DNA of 64,000 bases from a virus, in the IMG/VR virus record IMGVR_UViG_3300026183_000930, positions 1 through 64,000 of that record. One strand, given 5' to 3'. This document shows, piece after piece, positions 38,610 to 48,285 of the stretch. Numbering within the stretch: the stretch's first letter is position 1; the number at the start of each line of letters is the position of its first letter. The notes beneath the pieces are model-generated. The model was not told where the DNA came from. It did no database searches and worked only from the letters and a program-made list of their open reading frames with translations. Both the position numbers and the translations under genes were made by a program.

Positions 38610-39704
38610 TTATGAATTACTGATAATATTAGTTAATGTTTTATTTGCTGTGCAATGCAATAAACACACTGTACATTTGTCATGATGACCAGCAAAACTG
38701 TCAGGCAACCATTTTGTATAGAGATCATGTTCAAGCATGTCGAGGATAGTGTTGCTTTTACTGAGTTGATTGAAATTTAATTTGTACATTTTATCAAACA
38801 TGGCACTCCAATCTTTCCATCTGCTTCTACCATATTTCCAATTACCTTCATCTTCTACAGCCCAAAAACAACAAGGCCACAGTTTGCCCCATTGATCCAC
38901 AAACAGATAACCTTCTTTGGTTGTTCTACAGTCTATGGAAACAGATTGATCTTGATCCAGTGTGTGCCATGATTTGGCTTGTTGTTCTATTTTTGCAGGG
39001 TCACTAGCTTCTGCTGGTTTTATGGTAAAACCTTGTTGTTTGATTTTTTGATCCACTTTGTTTATTTTGGGTGAATATTTTTTAGAGTTCACATTTATTG
39101 TGCTGTCTGGTTTTGAAAAACGATTGCTCACAACAGTGGAGAACTGTGTGAATCCCATTTTTTTAGACAGCTCACGTGCCTGCTCCACTTGATGCTGATT
39201 GTGATCAAATATGATGTACTTCCATTCAGCCTGACCTCCAGCATCTATAAACGCCTGTGCGTTGGCCATTATGCGATCAAAGTCAGTGTTGATTCTGTAC
39301 AATGCATTTGTGTCTGCCAACCCATCGATGCTGAATCTTATTGTGAAATTGTTTTTGTGTGCCAGTCTACGATAGAATTCTGGTGTTCTTGCACCACCGT
39401 TTGTTTCCATAAACACATCTTTGTAGTACTGCAACCCAATGTCTATTATTTGTTCTATGTTGGCATGACTGACTGCATCGCCAGTGGTACCACAGAATGA
39501 TGCTGTGATGTTGCCAGCATGTGAACCCAATCCCTGTGCTATGGTTTCAAACAGTGCAGGCGATATGCTGGTCAAATGCAATTGATTTGTATCTCCACTG
39601 TGTTGCCATTCCAACATCTGTGTTCTAGCACAACCCGGACAACCTGCGTTGCAACGATTTGTTATGTTGAATTCTATGTAGTTGATCTGTTCCGGAGCAA
39701 TCAT
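38610..39704 (-). CDS. radical SAM/SPASM protein
   Basis: CNAGCPGC, SIDG, LWPCC, CTVCLLHC. Confidence 0.85.
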   Translation of the reverse strand: MIAPEQINYIEFNITNRCNAGCPGCARTQMLEWQHSGDTNQLHLTSISPALFETIAQGLGSHAGNITASFCGTTGDAVSHANIEQIIDIGLQYYKDVFMETNGGARTPEFYRRLAHKNNFTIRFSIDGLADTNALYRINTDFDRIMANAQAFIDAGGQAEWKYIIFDHNQHQVEQARELSKKMGFTQFSTVVSNRFSKPDSTINVNSKKYSPKINKVDQKIKQQGFTIKPAEASDPAKIEQQAKSWHTLDQDQSVSIDCRTTKEGYLFVDQWGKLWPCCFWAVEDEGNWKYGRSRWKDWSAMFDKMYKLNFNQLSKSNTILDMLEHDLYTKWLPDSFAGHHDKCTVCLLHCTANKTLTNIISNS

Positions 39705-39738
39705 TCTATACGTATTTATTGATTATGTAAATACTGTT

Positions 39739-40026
39739 ATGAACAAACAACAAGTGTTAGACAGTTTAAAACAGTTGATTCCTTATCGCAAGTATCAAAA
39801 CGAAGGCCATGAAGCAGTGCATATTGCTGACACCATAGGACCCGATCGTGTGTTCAACGACAGATCCATCTGTGCTTTGATCAGTGCTATCCATGAAATC
39901 ACTGACGATCCAGACATCAAGCAGTTGGCACTGGAAGCCATATGGATGTCAGGTCGTATGCACAAATCCATACGTGAAGCCAAACACAGCAATGACATAT
40001 GGCCCGATGTTCTTCGCGACGATTAA
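39739..40026 (+). CDS. late hypothetical protein
   Basis: TAAATA-N5-ATG. Confidence 0.65.
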   Translation: MNKQQVLDSLKQLIPYRKYQNEGHEAVHIADTIGPDRVFNDRSICALISAIHEITDDPDIKQLALEAIWMSGRMHKSIREAKHSNDIWPDVLRDD

Positions 40027-40462
40027 CCACACAAGGCCCTGCCTTGTGTATGTGCGGAGTTTACTCTGCACTTAGGCCTCTCGGCGGTTATCAGGAGTAA
40101 GAGGCATCCAATTTCCTTTATTCTACTAGATCGGGCAGGCCAACGGTGCAAGAGATATCTCTCAAATCTAGTCAACCGCACACAGGCTACTCAGAATACC
40201 TTCTAGTCTAGAAGTCATGATCCAGATTCCATAGATTTCAGTCACTGTTGTCACAGTAGTCAAAAGTACTAACCCTGCTGTCAGACTTGCTGTAAGGTGC
40301 TTAAAATGTGTTTAAAAGGTGTTTTTAACGTGTATATATGCTAGATCATTCTTCACAGCCTCTCAACGGTGGGTCACGCTCAGGAGGGCGTGGTGGGTTT
40401 CCGCGGCGTTTTCACATACATTGCTCTCTTACAATAAACGGGGTCACATACAATTGGTCGTA
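40027..40462. ncRNA. GC-richer, hairpin-dense intergenic element (candidate ncRNA)
   Basis: multiple inverted repeats, no convincing ORF. Confidence 0.4.
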
Positions 40463-40464
40463 TG

Positions 40465-40668
40465 CTATTTGCTGAGCCTGTTGACAATACGATCATGTGA
40501 TGACACTTTTTCAGTTATCACATATCCTTTGGCTCCGTTATATGGGTTCTGCATATAACTTTCATTAGTCCAATAGTGTTTTAAGAAAACAAAATTGCCA
40601 TCAGATAGTTTTGTTGGATACCAAGCAAATGCTTTCTTCCATCTTGATCGCAATTGTGGAAGATTCAT
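40465..40668 (-). CDS. hypothetical protein
   Basis: WKKAFAWYPTKL..VFLKHY motif. Confidence 0.65.
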   Translation of the reverse strand: MNLPQLRSRWKKAFAWYPTKLSDGNFVFLKHYWTNESYMQNPYNGAKGYVITEKVSSHDRIVNRLSK

Positions 40669-40830
40669 AAATTGAAAACTAAATTTTCCAACTTTTCAAT
40701 TGGTCTTTAGTAGGCTTCATTGGTTTGAGCTTTTCTATTTTGCCACCTTTTTCCAAAAACTTTTTCATCTTTTCATCTAATTGACGTTGCAGTTCTTCTG
40801 GTGATGGTTTTACATAGTCTCTTTTAATTG

Positions 40831-41271
40831 TCATAGCTTTTTATTATTTAGTGTGCTGAGTGTGGCTTCCACAATTTCTTCAATTGAATATTTGCCATAC
40901 ATCTTTTTTTCTAATTCTTTATCTACTTTTTTGTAATTGCCTTTTTCTGGAATAACATGTCTAACTCCGCCTCTTGGGTCTTCCATGTCTCCTTTACGTC
41001 TTGGAATCAAATGCACATGTGGCCACATCACAGTTTGCCCTGCTTCTGCTCCAATGTTCTGTCCTATGTTGTAACTGTCACAATAACCTTTTTGTACCCA
41101 ATCATAACCCCAAGCATAGGCGGCTTTGTAGCATTTACTTAAATGTTCCCAGTCTTCTACTTTAGGAACAAACAACACATGACCTTCTGTGACCGGAAAT
41201 CCATCTTTGAACACTGTGTAATCTCTAGTGTCTATTACAACGTCTTTCCAAGGTATGTCTTTGAATTCCAT
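40831..41271 (-). CDS. HIT-family hydrolase
   Basis: DGFPVTEGHVLFVPK, AGQTVMWPHVHLIPR. Confidence 0.9.
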   Translation of the reverse strand: MEFKDIPWKDVVIDTRDYTVFKDGFPVTEGHVLFVPKVEDWEHLSKCYKAAYAWGYDWVQKGYCDSYNIGQNIGAEAGQTVMWPHVHLIPRRKGDMEDPRGGVRHVIPEKGNYKKVDKELEKKMYGKYSIEEIVEATLSTLNNKKL

Positions 41272-41537
41272 TATTCAGTTACCTCAATTATCTTTTCTAT
41301 TCTAAAAGCTCTCCAACCTTTTGCATTTACATCCCATACACTCAGTGTTTCAGGTTTTGGTTCTTTGTTGTTTTGTTTGCTTTGAACTTTGGCTGGTTCT
41401 GGTAACAAACTTTCTTGTAGAGTACAAGTCATTTCTCTAAACTCTCCATTCAGTTTGTTAAACTTAACAGTTATTGTTCCTTGTTTTAATTTTTCAATCA
41501 GTTCAGATCTTTGTTTTTTAATTTGTTCTATGTTCAT
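41271..41537 (-). CDS. WYL_2/Sm-like SH3 barrel phage protein
   Basis: VKFNKLNGEFREMTCTL..VWDVNAKGWRAFR. Confidence 0.8.
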   Translation of the reverse strand: MNIEQIKKQRSELIEKLKQGTITVKFNKLNGEFREMTCTLQESLLPEPAKVQSKQNNKEPKPETLSVWDVNAKGWRAFRIEKIIEVTE

Positions 41538-42022
41538 GATAAGTTATACTCAAAGTTTTGTGTTTCTTCATTGATGTGTATTTGCTTGGCTCCATGCCTA
41601 ATATGAAAGTGTGTAGCCATTGGTGTTAAAGGTGACAGTGTAACTAACCTATCAATCAAAGAATCTTTTTTACATTGTTCTTTTAATTTTTTAATAATTT
41701 CTTTACCTGCTCCTCTTTTTCTACTCCACACAGTGTAAGCAACAGCCACATTCTTTTCATCTAGTTTTGTATCAACTCTTGACATGTAATCCATTTCTCT
41801 CACAGTGTAAGGTACTTCAGGACAAAAAGCAACACACACAATTGCTTCAACTTCATTTTCATATTTCAATCCAAATATTTTTCTGCCATTTGTGATTCTA
41901 AATCCCAATGTGAGTTCAGGCCTTACTGGATCTTCTGACACATCAATGTCATCTAGTTCAACCAGCTCTGTGCCTTTGACCCATTTAAAAAAATCATTTA
42001 TGTTGTCTTTAAACTTTTTCAT
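41534..42022 (-). CDS. GNAT-fold protein (malonyl-CoA decarboxylase C-terminal-like)
   Basis: AVAYTVWS..GAGKEII..LVTLSP..FHIRHGA. Confidence 0.6.
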   Translation of the reverse strand: MKKFKDNINDFFKWVKGTELVELDDIDVSEDPVRPELTLGFRITNGRKIFGLKYENEVEAIVCVAFCPEVPYTVREMDYMSRVDTKLDEKNVAVAYTVWSRKRGAGKEIIKKLKEQCKKDSLIDRLVTLSPLTPMATHFHIRHGAKQIHINEETQNFEYNLS

Positions 42023-42384
42023 ACTATTTTTCTTCTTCTCTTTTTGAATTTTGTGTTGTTAACTCCTGGATTGTCTCTGATCCATTTTTCCAATGCAATA
42101 CGTTTTGCTTTGGCTTCTTCCCAAATTTTGTTTCGTTTTTCTCTGTAAATCTGTATGTCTTCATCAGTGTGATATCTTTCTTTGTCTGTAAGAGCATTCC
42201 ATTCTTTCCTGGTTATTTTCATTCTTGTCTGACACACTGGTGCACTCATGTAGACCCATTTTGTTCCTATCACTACCCACAACATACGTAGGCCACATAA
42301 TGCAAACTTGTTGTCCCATAATCCAACTTGCCATCGTTCTGCTTTTTGCCATTTCTTTGCTTTAGGAGGTTGATAAACCGACAA
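42019..42384 (-). CDS. hypothetical basic protein
   Basis: ORF track. Confidence 0.55.
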   Translation of the reverse strand: MSVYQPPKAKKWQKAERWQVGLWDNKFALCGLRMLWVVIGTKWVYMSAPVCQTRMKITRKEWNALTDKERYHTDEDIQIYREKRNKIWEEAKAKRIALEKWIRDNPGVNNTKFKKRRRKIV

Positions 42385-42676
42385 CTGAACTCTCCGCTAT
42401 CTGTTCTGGATTCACTCCGGTTTTTTGTTTAAGTTTTAAAATGATATTGTCAATGTCTTGCTCTGACTGATGTCCTTTTACAGTGTCGCCTGGCATTGTG
42501 ATATTTTGTACTTCAACCATTTTACCATTGTCATTAAACATGCCTATTTCATATAATCCATCTTTGTAACCATATGATCCTGAATGCTTGACCACACTCA
42601 AAGTCAAATGTCCAAAATTAATTTTTGCTGACACGCCATCTAAATAAGATTCAAATTTGATATCATTAAATTTCAT
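42362..42676 (-). CDS. conserved phage protein
   Basis: SVVKHSGSYG..GLYEI..DTVKG; early promoter at 42723. Confidence 0.7.
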   Translation of the reverse strand: MKFNDIKFESYLDGVSAKINFGHLTLSVVKHSGSYGYKDGLYEIGMFNDNGKMVEVQNITMPGDTVKGHQSEQDIDNIILKLKQKTGVNPEQIAESSVVGLSTS

Positions 42677-42751
42677 TTGTTTGCCTTTTGTTTTGTTATA
42701 TAATATAGCAAAATGCTATTATTGTCAACCTGTTAAGAGTCTTTGAATAGT

Positions 42752-42828
<77 letters not shown>

Positions 42829-42920
42829 ATTATTATCAACTATGTATTTGGTATTCTCTCTTAATTAAAATGTATAGTAACTATAACACAAATAGATTAT
42901 GTGTCAACCTGTTTCAGGTA

Positions 42921-43220
42921 TTATTTGATATCTTTGTCTGCTTGATTAAACTCTTCTGTGATTTGCTTGTTGTACTCTTGTTGAGTTTGATGTGGATTGT
43001 CTTGTGTTTTTTGTTTGAGTTTTATACACTCAGGATCGTTAGGTGCAAACACACAGCCAATTATTGCACCAATGCTTTTCATTTTACCAACTGAATCAAT
43101 TGTGGTTGGTTGTTTTGGTCCTTGTGTTTCTAATGATTTTTTAGCACAGCCAGACACAGCGATTGCAACTAACACTGCTACAATTATCATTATAAATTTT
43201 TTACTGTTGAAGAATTCCAT
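42921..43220 (-). CDS. lipoprotein
   Basis: lipobox VSGC. Confidence 0.75.
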   Translation of the reverse strand: MEFFNSKKFIMIIVAVLVAIAVSGCAKKSLETQGPKQPTTIDSVGKMKSIGAIIGCVFAPNDPECIKLKQKTQDNPHQTQQEYNKQITEEFNQADKDIK

Positions 43221-43245
43221 TGTGAATATTTAATAATAAAAACTA

Positions 43246-43452
43246 CTACTTAGAATGCGGTGGCATTTTCTTTTCAACAAACCAAACATGTTTTTGTAGA
43301 ACAGGATCAAACTTTCTTTGTCTCAACTTCATTGTTCTCTTTTCACCTTTGGTTGGCTTTCTAACATAATACCTTGTGCCTGTGTCTGTTTTGTTGTCCT
43401 CAGGAACCAACATCTTAAGTTCAAATGTTTTCTTACTGCTTTTCTTTGCCAT
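43246..43452 (-). CDS. rpmG: 50S ribosomal protein bL33 homolog
   Basis: TGTRYYVRK..KLRQRKFDPVLQKHVWFVEKK, zinc-free type. Confidence 0.85.
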   Translation of the reverse strand: MAKKSSKKTFELKMLVPEDNKTDTGTRYYVRKPTKGEKRTMKLRQRKFDPVLQKHVWFVEKKMPPHSK

Positions 43453-43461
43453 ACCTAATAT

Positions 43462-43680
43462 TTACTTTTTCAGCCATTTGTCCACATTGTATAATCTTGG
43501 ATTGAATCCTTCTGGCCATTTAAAATTAAACTCATATGTGTTGTCGTTTTTACACACAACCCTAATTTGATGTCCATTTACTTCGGAATCAGACCAATAC
43601 CTTTCATAGTTCTCTATGTCAATGACAGTGTGGGTTGGATTTTTATTTTTGTTTTTGTAAACTTTTTTTGTTTTTTTCAT
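43462..43680 (-). CDS. hypothetical protein
   Basis: ORF track; promoter at 43742. Confidence 0.55.
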   Translation of the reverse strand: MKKTKKVYKNKNKNPTHTVIDIENYERYWSDSEVNGHQIRVVCKNDNTYEFNFKWPEGFNPRLYNVDKWLKK

Positions 43681-43756
43681 ATAGTTATAAGCAAACTTTG
43701 TAGAATGCTTATAACTATAATATACTTTGTATTGTGTAAAATGTCAACCTTACTGT

Positions 43757-43951
43757 TTACCAATTATTTGTGGATTTAACAGATTTATGACCTAGTATTT
43801 TGCCTTCATTTTTACCATGTTTTACCAAGTATCCTGAAGTTCCATTACCATTAATATCTACTTCTTTCTTTGCACTGAACATTACCATTGCCTTACGAGC
43901 AAGTGATGAGTTCTTTGCATAGTTTTTGAGTAGATGACTGAATCGTGCCAT
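43757..43951 (-). CDS. small basic protein under glutamine riboswitch
   Basis: GGGAGGG SD. Confidence 0.7.
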   Translation of the reverse strand: MARFSHLLKNYAKNSSLARKAMVMFSAKKEVDINGNGTSGYLVKHGKNEGKILGHKSVKSTNNW

Positions 43952-43978
43952 ATCACCCTCCCCGGTTAAAGTTTAGGT

Positions 43979-44025
43979 GCGTTCCTTCGCTTTATGCTAC
44001 TTCCGACCCTAATGGGTTGAACGTA
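43979..44025 (-). ncRNA. glutamine riboswitch (glnA RNA motif)
   Basis: CGUUC-A-ACCC AUUA GGGU-CGGAAGUA-GC AUAAA GC-GAAG-GAACGC: three-way junction with AGUA/GAA E-loop. Confidence 0.85.
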
Positions 44026-44075
44026 TTTGTATTTAGCATACCAGGTATGCAATTTTTTAATACTAGTTTACCCAT

Positions 44076-44104
44076 AAAAAAAGGGCGACACAAAGCCGCC
44101 CTTT
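44076..44104 (-). terminator. intrinsic terminator
   Basis: GGGCG/CGCCC stem with A-tract on +. Confidence 0.75.
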
Positions 44105-44128
44105 AAATGTTTTTTATAAGACTAAAAA

Positions 44129-44371
44129 TTAGTCGTTAAAAGAAACTACTGCAGACACACCTGCGATTGTAGGTAATGTTGCTGTACCTTGTACTGCGAT
44201 GTATGAAGTTGTAGCATCGTCATCGTTCACACCTGCGATAGTGTGTGTTAATGCCAATTCAGCTACTGCATCTGCTGTAGGTGTAGTTGCTTTTGTGCAA
44301 GATAGTACAGAAGTTTTTGGACCTAAGCCGTTACCGCTTCTTACTACTGCGTTGTTTGAAATTACTGCCAT
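44129..44371 (-). CDS. small late structural protein
   Basis: AAGGAG SD, TAAATA promoter; GNGLGPKT motif. Confidence 0.65.
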   Translation of the reverse strand: MAVISNNAVVRSGNGLGPKTSVLSCTKATTPTADAVAELALTHTIAGVNDDDATTSYIAVQGTATLPTIAGVSAVVSFND

Positions 44372-44485
44372 TTTATTTCTCCTTAAAATGAATTTGTTAA
44401 ACCCAAATAGTCACAATCCTTTGAACTGTGATCTTAACTGGATGTACTTTTATTTATGAAAATAAAAAGAAATAAAGCACTAATT

Positions 44486-44938
44486 TTATACAAAACCAGC
44501 AAAAGTGCCGTTTTTATTAATGGTCAGCGTCTGTTTTCTGTTTTTGTCATTGTCAGCATAACTCACATGCACCCATCCACTGCGTGGATCAACACCATTA
44601 TAAAACTCCAATATCAACTGATCAAAATCACAGTTGTCTCTGATCCATTCTGCAACTTCTTTGTTGCTGACTGTGGGTACTTCAATGTCTGCCGCCTGTC
44701 CTACCATGTGCTGACTTTTGTTGCTAGAGCCAACTGCTTTGTTCAGTTTTGGACATCTGTATCCAGAATTAATAGTAACTGGACCAAATTGATTTCTCAC
44801 AGGCTGTAATACTTTTTCACAAAGTGTTTGTAAATTGGTAATCACACTGGGTTCATGTGGAGCATTGTTTATGCCTTTACGCAATGCGGTCTGTGACTTT
44901 AGCATTTCTGACAAAGAAAAATTTTCAGTTAATTGCAT
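44486..44938 (-). CDS. peptidase M15A (D-Ala-D-Ala carboxypeptidase-like endolysin)
   Basis: SGYRC..N, SQHMVGQAAD, WVHVS. Confidence 0.9.
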   Translation of the reverse strand: MQLTENFSLSEMLKSQTALRKGINNAPHEPSVITNLQTLCEKVLQPVRNQFGPVTINSGYRCPKLNKAVGSSNKSQHMVGQAADIEVPTVSNKEVAEWIRDNCDFDQLILEFYNGVDPRSGWVHVSYADNDKNRKQTLTINKNGTFAGFV

Positions 44939-45340
44939 TTACAAATCTCCTTGTTTTCTGTTTTCCGAATAGTAAACATCAAACTCACCACCCGGATAAC
45001 GTTTTTTTAATTTATTTACATTTTCTTCAATTACTTCGTTTGGGTTAAGACCAAGGCTCCTACAAGCATTAATCCAATACCACATAATATCGCCCAACTC
45101 TCGTTTAAGATGAAATACAGTTTCATCGTCCAATGGTTTGCCTTGGAATATACATTTTTTAATGATTTCATTAAACTCGCCTCCTTCACTTGCTATACCA
45201 ATACCGCCTGTCAGCAGTAAAGATATATTAACACCTTTTTTTTCCAGTTCAGTCATTTGCTGAACCATTGGTGCCAATTCATTACTTTCAGCAGATGTCA
45301 CTGCTTGTACAAATTCTTTATATCGGTTTAGGTCAATCAT
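44939..45340 (-). CDS. mazG: MazG-like NTP pyrophosphohydrolase
   Basis: SEGGEFNEIIKK, ELGDIMWY, NVNKLKKRYP. Confidence 0.9.
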   Translation of the reverse strand: MIDLNRYKEFVQAVTSAESNELAPMVQQMTELEKKGVNISLLLTGGIGIASEGGEFNEIIKKCIFQGKPLDDETVFHLKRELGDIMWYWINACRSLGLNPNEVIEENVNKLKKRYPGGEFDVYYSENRKQGDL

Positions 45341-46506
45341 TTTTGTTTTCTCCATGTTTCATCTCCAGGCCACAATGGCAACTGTGTTCCTGGTGCTCTT
45401 TTTGGTATTTTTGAGTCAGCACTTGATACGCAAGTTGGTGATATACATTGTTGTGGTCGATCAAACAACTTGAATCCTGTTTCAATGTTTCCAATAGGCT
45501 TGTCATGACAACTGTAACTTCTTTTTATACTGCCATCTGGTTCTCTAATAATAATTGATCTATAACCAGAACTACATTCCCAGCCATTAAATCTATTAAA
45601 ATTAAAAGCATTAAATCTTTCTGCTTGATCCATGTACCATTCTTTGTGTTCAGAGTCTTTGAACTCTACTTGAAAGTGTTGTGGTATATTTTCTTTTTCA
45701 AAATTTTGATATATTGGATCAGGTATTTTATTAAATGTGGCTTTGGGTCTTTCAACATTTTTGTTTTTGTGTTCTGTGAAAGCACGTTGTGGCATTCCAT
45801 TGTGTAACTTTTCCAACATCTCATCTGTGTAGCCTTCAACAACTTTTGACGCTGTAGGATCTGATTGAGGTTTGAGCGTGACGTTAATACCTCTGTTGTG
45901 GAAATACAATGATTCCTCATATAGTTCATCGAACCATTCTGGTACCATGACTTGGTTGATTGTGACCTGCACATCCCATTCTTGTGCAAAACAAAGTTTG
46001 TCTGCAAACTGTTCTCTTTTCTCTTGTGTGTTAACGTGTTCCCTGTGGTATGAAGCCGTGATACTGGCTCTATGGAACGGTGCGACTGTGTTGACATATT
46101 GTTCAAACCATTTCATATTTCTACTGCAATTACTGGTCATGTGTACTGATGTGTAATTGGTATTGCTTACATCTTGTGCAAGGTGTTGGAGAATGTCCAA
46201 GTACCCAGGATGAAATGTGGGCTCTCCACCTGACAATGAAAAATGAAATGAATTGAATCCTCGTTCTCTGGCTTGCCGTTTGATTTCATCAATAGTGAGT
46301 AAACACAGTTCAGTGGGTCTGTGATCTTTTTTGTCTGATCTTGCATAGGGCCAACAGTAACTACATCTGTAATTACAGAACCTACCAAGCAACCAACTGA
46401 CAGTGAACATGTCACGATACAACATGGTACGTTGTCCAACTCTGACTAGATCGTCAAAAGGAATTTTGGTAAAATCGTATTCGCTCCATTTTAAATCATT
46501 ACTCAT
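45337..46506 (-). CDS. radical SAM protein
   Basis: CNYRCSYC, GGEPT. Confidence 0.9.
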   Translation of the reverse strand: MSNDLKWSEYDFTKIPFDDLVRVGQRTMLYRDMFTVSWLLGRFCNYRCSYCWPYARSDKKDHRPTELCLLTIDEIKRQARERGFNSFHFSLSGGEPTFHPGYLDILQHLAQDVSNTNYTSVHMTSNCSRNMKWFEQYVNTVAPFHRASITASYHREHVNTQEKREQFADKLCFAQEWDVQVTINQVMVPEWFDELYEESLYFHNRGINVTLKPQSDPTASKVVEGYTDEMLEKLHNGMPQRAFTEHKNKNVERPKATFNKIPDPIYQNFEKENIPQHFQVEFKDSEHKEWYMDQAERFNAFNFNRFNGWECSSGYRSIIIREPDGSIKRSYSCHDKPIGNIETGFKLFDRPQQCISPTCVSSADSKIPKRAPGTQLPLWPGDETWRKQK

Positions 46507-46513
46507 GTGTATA

Positions 46514-47503
46514 CTATAACACTAATTCTGTTATGTGTCTATCAATTTTAGAGTCAAACAACAGTTTTTTATTGTGTCTTAATCTTTGTTCTAAATTATT
46601 AATCACAGGTTTTTCTTTAATAAACTTTTCTAATTCGTTAACAGCACCAATATATCTCAGCACATGATCAGTTTGGTTATCATAGATATGATCTATAACA
46701 TCATCAAACACATCAAATCCTTGCTGTCTAAAATAACTCACAGTACCTGGTAATGCTATCCATATTGGTATTTGCAAATTGGCAAAAGCCTTATATGATT
46801 TTTCAGTAACAAACAAAAGGTCATAATTTAATTCTTCAGCAGTGTAACTGTGTGCGTATCCTACATCATTGGTGTGTCCATACGACTCAGTTATTAAAGA
46901 CACTAGAATATTTTGATATAAACTATTGCTTTGTTCTCTATCGTTACGACTATGCTCATTGTCAAACTCATAATCAATCACAAGTTTCTTATTATTTGTA
47001 TAAAGGTCTTTTATATAGTTTACTGATTGTTTGTCTGTTTGCCATGTTTCAAGTTGTTTGAGGTCATTATCATAATTGCCATGATATCTGTTTAACAAAC
47101 TAACTTTGCCTAATGACATTAGATTTCTTTTATATAGTTCACTAACAACAAACATTCTGTGAAGTTTTGATGTTGCGTTCAAACAGATAAAATTATACTT
47201 GGTTGATACTGTATCATTTAAATGTATACTATTATTTGTAATACTGTAAACATACTCATAACGAAAATAGTCAAATGGCTTGCAATTTTTACATTCAAAG
47301 TTAAGATTACCATGTAACAAAATTTTATCAGTGCCAGAAATGCTTTTAATAAATTTTTTATTTTTGTGTACATAGCCTTCATAAAAGTTAAAAACTTTAT
47401 ACTTGCTTTCATGCTTGGTTATACTACTACTAATATCTGATAAAGGATACACTGAATCTCCCAACATTTGTTTGATTAGACTTTTATTATTAAAGTTTGT
47501 CAT
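46514..47503 (-). CDS. putative glycosyltransferase-like protein (paralog of 30567-31928)
   Basis: FICLN..HR, LITES, FVTEKSYK, GFDVFDD. Confidence 0.55.
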   Translation of the reverse strand: MTNFNNKSLIKQMLGDSVYPLSDISSSITKHESKYKVFNFYEGYVHKNKKFIKSISGTDKILLHGNLNFECKNCKPFDYFRYEYVYSITNNSIHLNDTVSTKYNFICLNATSKLHRMFVVSELYKRNLMSLGKVSLLNRYHGNYDNDLKQLETWQTDKQSVNYIKDLYTNNKKLVIDYEFDNEHSRNDREQSNSLYQNILVSLITESYGHTNDVGYAHSYTAEELNYDLLFVTEKSYKAFANLQIPIWIALPGTVSYFRQQGFDVFDDVIDHIYDNQTDHVLRYIGAVNELEKFIKEKPVINNLEQRLRHNKKLLFDSKIDRHITELVL

Positions 47504-48285
47504 AGTTTTGCTTTTTTATTTCTAAAATCTTGTTGCTCTGTTTTCCATTCTGGCGTTTGTGTGTCTACTGGGTTGTTCCATATTTTATTGTTCCATTCCA
47601 ACATCCAACTTTTTGATTTGTCAGATATAGTTATTTCAGTCAGTACAGTTTCAATATACTGAACATGTTCTTCAGGTGTTGGGTGCAATTCTTCTTGTGG
47701 CTTTCCATTGGTTATAGTGGTTGGTCTTGATTTAGAATGCCAATCATTTTGAAATACAACTTCAAAATAACTTTTTCTTATATCCGGAAAAAGATTTTGG
47801 TATAACTGGTACACTTCATTGTATGAGTTATTCATTTTGGTGTTCCATTGATTAAACATTTTTTCAATTGGTACCATGCTTAAAAAATACCAAGTACATC
47901 CTGACAGTCTAAGAATATCCCTAACTGCTTTTATATAAGCACAGTCTCTAACAAAAAATCCTTCTTGATCGCAGTAGTTTTTTACAAATTGCTTATCGTA
48001 ATATGTTTGAGTGTATATGTTTCCAGAATTTAACCAGTCTTGATTTATTCTTCTGTCTTCACGCATTACATTGGTCCAACACACAATCACTAAATCATCT
48101 TTGTTAAATTTGTAGTGTTGGTCCGCTTGTGAAACATGATTGAATGCAAAGTGATTGCCACTGCCACTAGAACCATAATTGTAGTATTCTGGCATGTCGT
48201 AGCCAACAGCATCTGCCCAAGTAGGCCAAATATAATTTGTAAAACTGCAACCAAATGCAAAAAATCTTTTAAACATATTCTTCAT
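47500..48285 (-). CDS. SGNH-hydrolase-like protein
   Basis: FGCSFT, GSGN, LHPT. Confidence 0.6.
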   Translation of the reverse strand: MKNMFKRFFAFGCSFTNYIWPTWADAVGYDMPEYYNYGSSGSGNHFAFNHVSQADQHYKFNKDDLVIVCWTNVMREDRRINQDWLNSGNIYTQTYYDKQFVKNYCDQEGFFVRDCAYIKAVRDILRLSGCTWYFLSMVPIEKMFNQWNTKMNNSYNEVYQLYQNLFPDIRKSYFEVVFQNDWHSKSRPTTITNGKPQEELHPTPEEHVQYIETVLTEITISDKSKSWMLEWNNKIWNNPVDTQTPEWKTEQQDFRNKKAKL

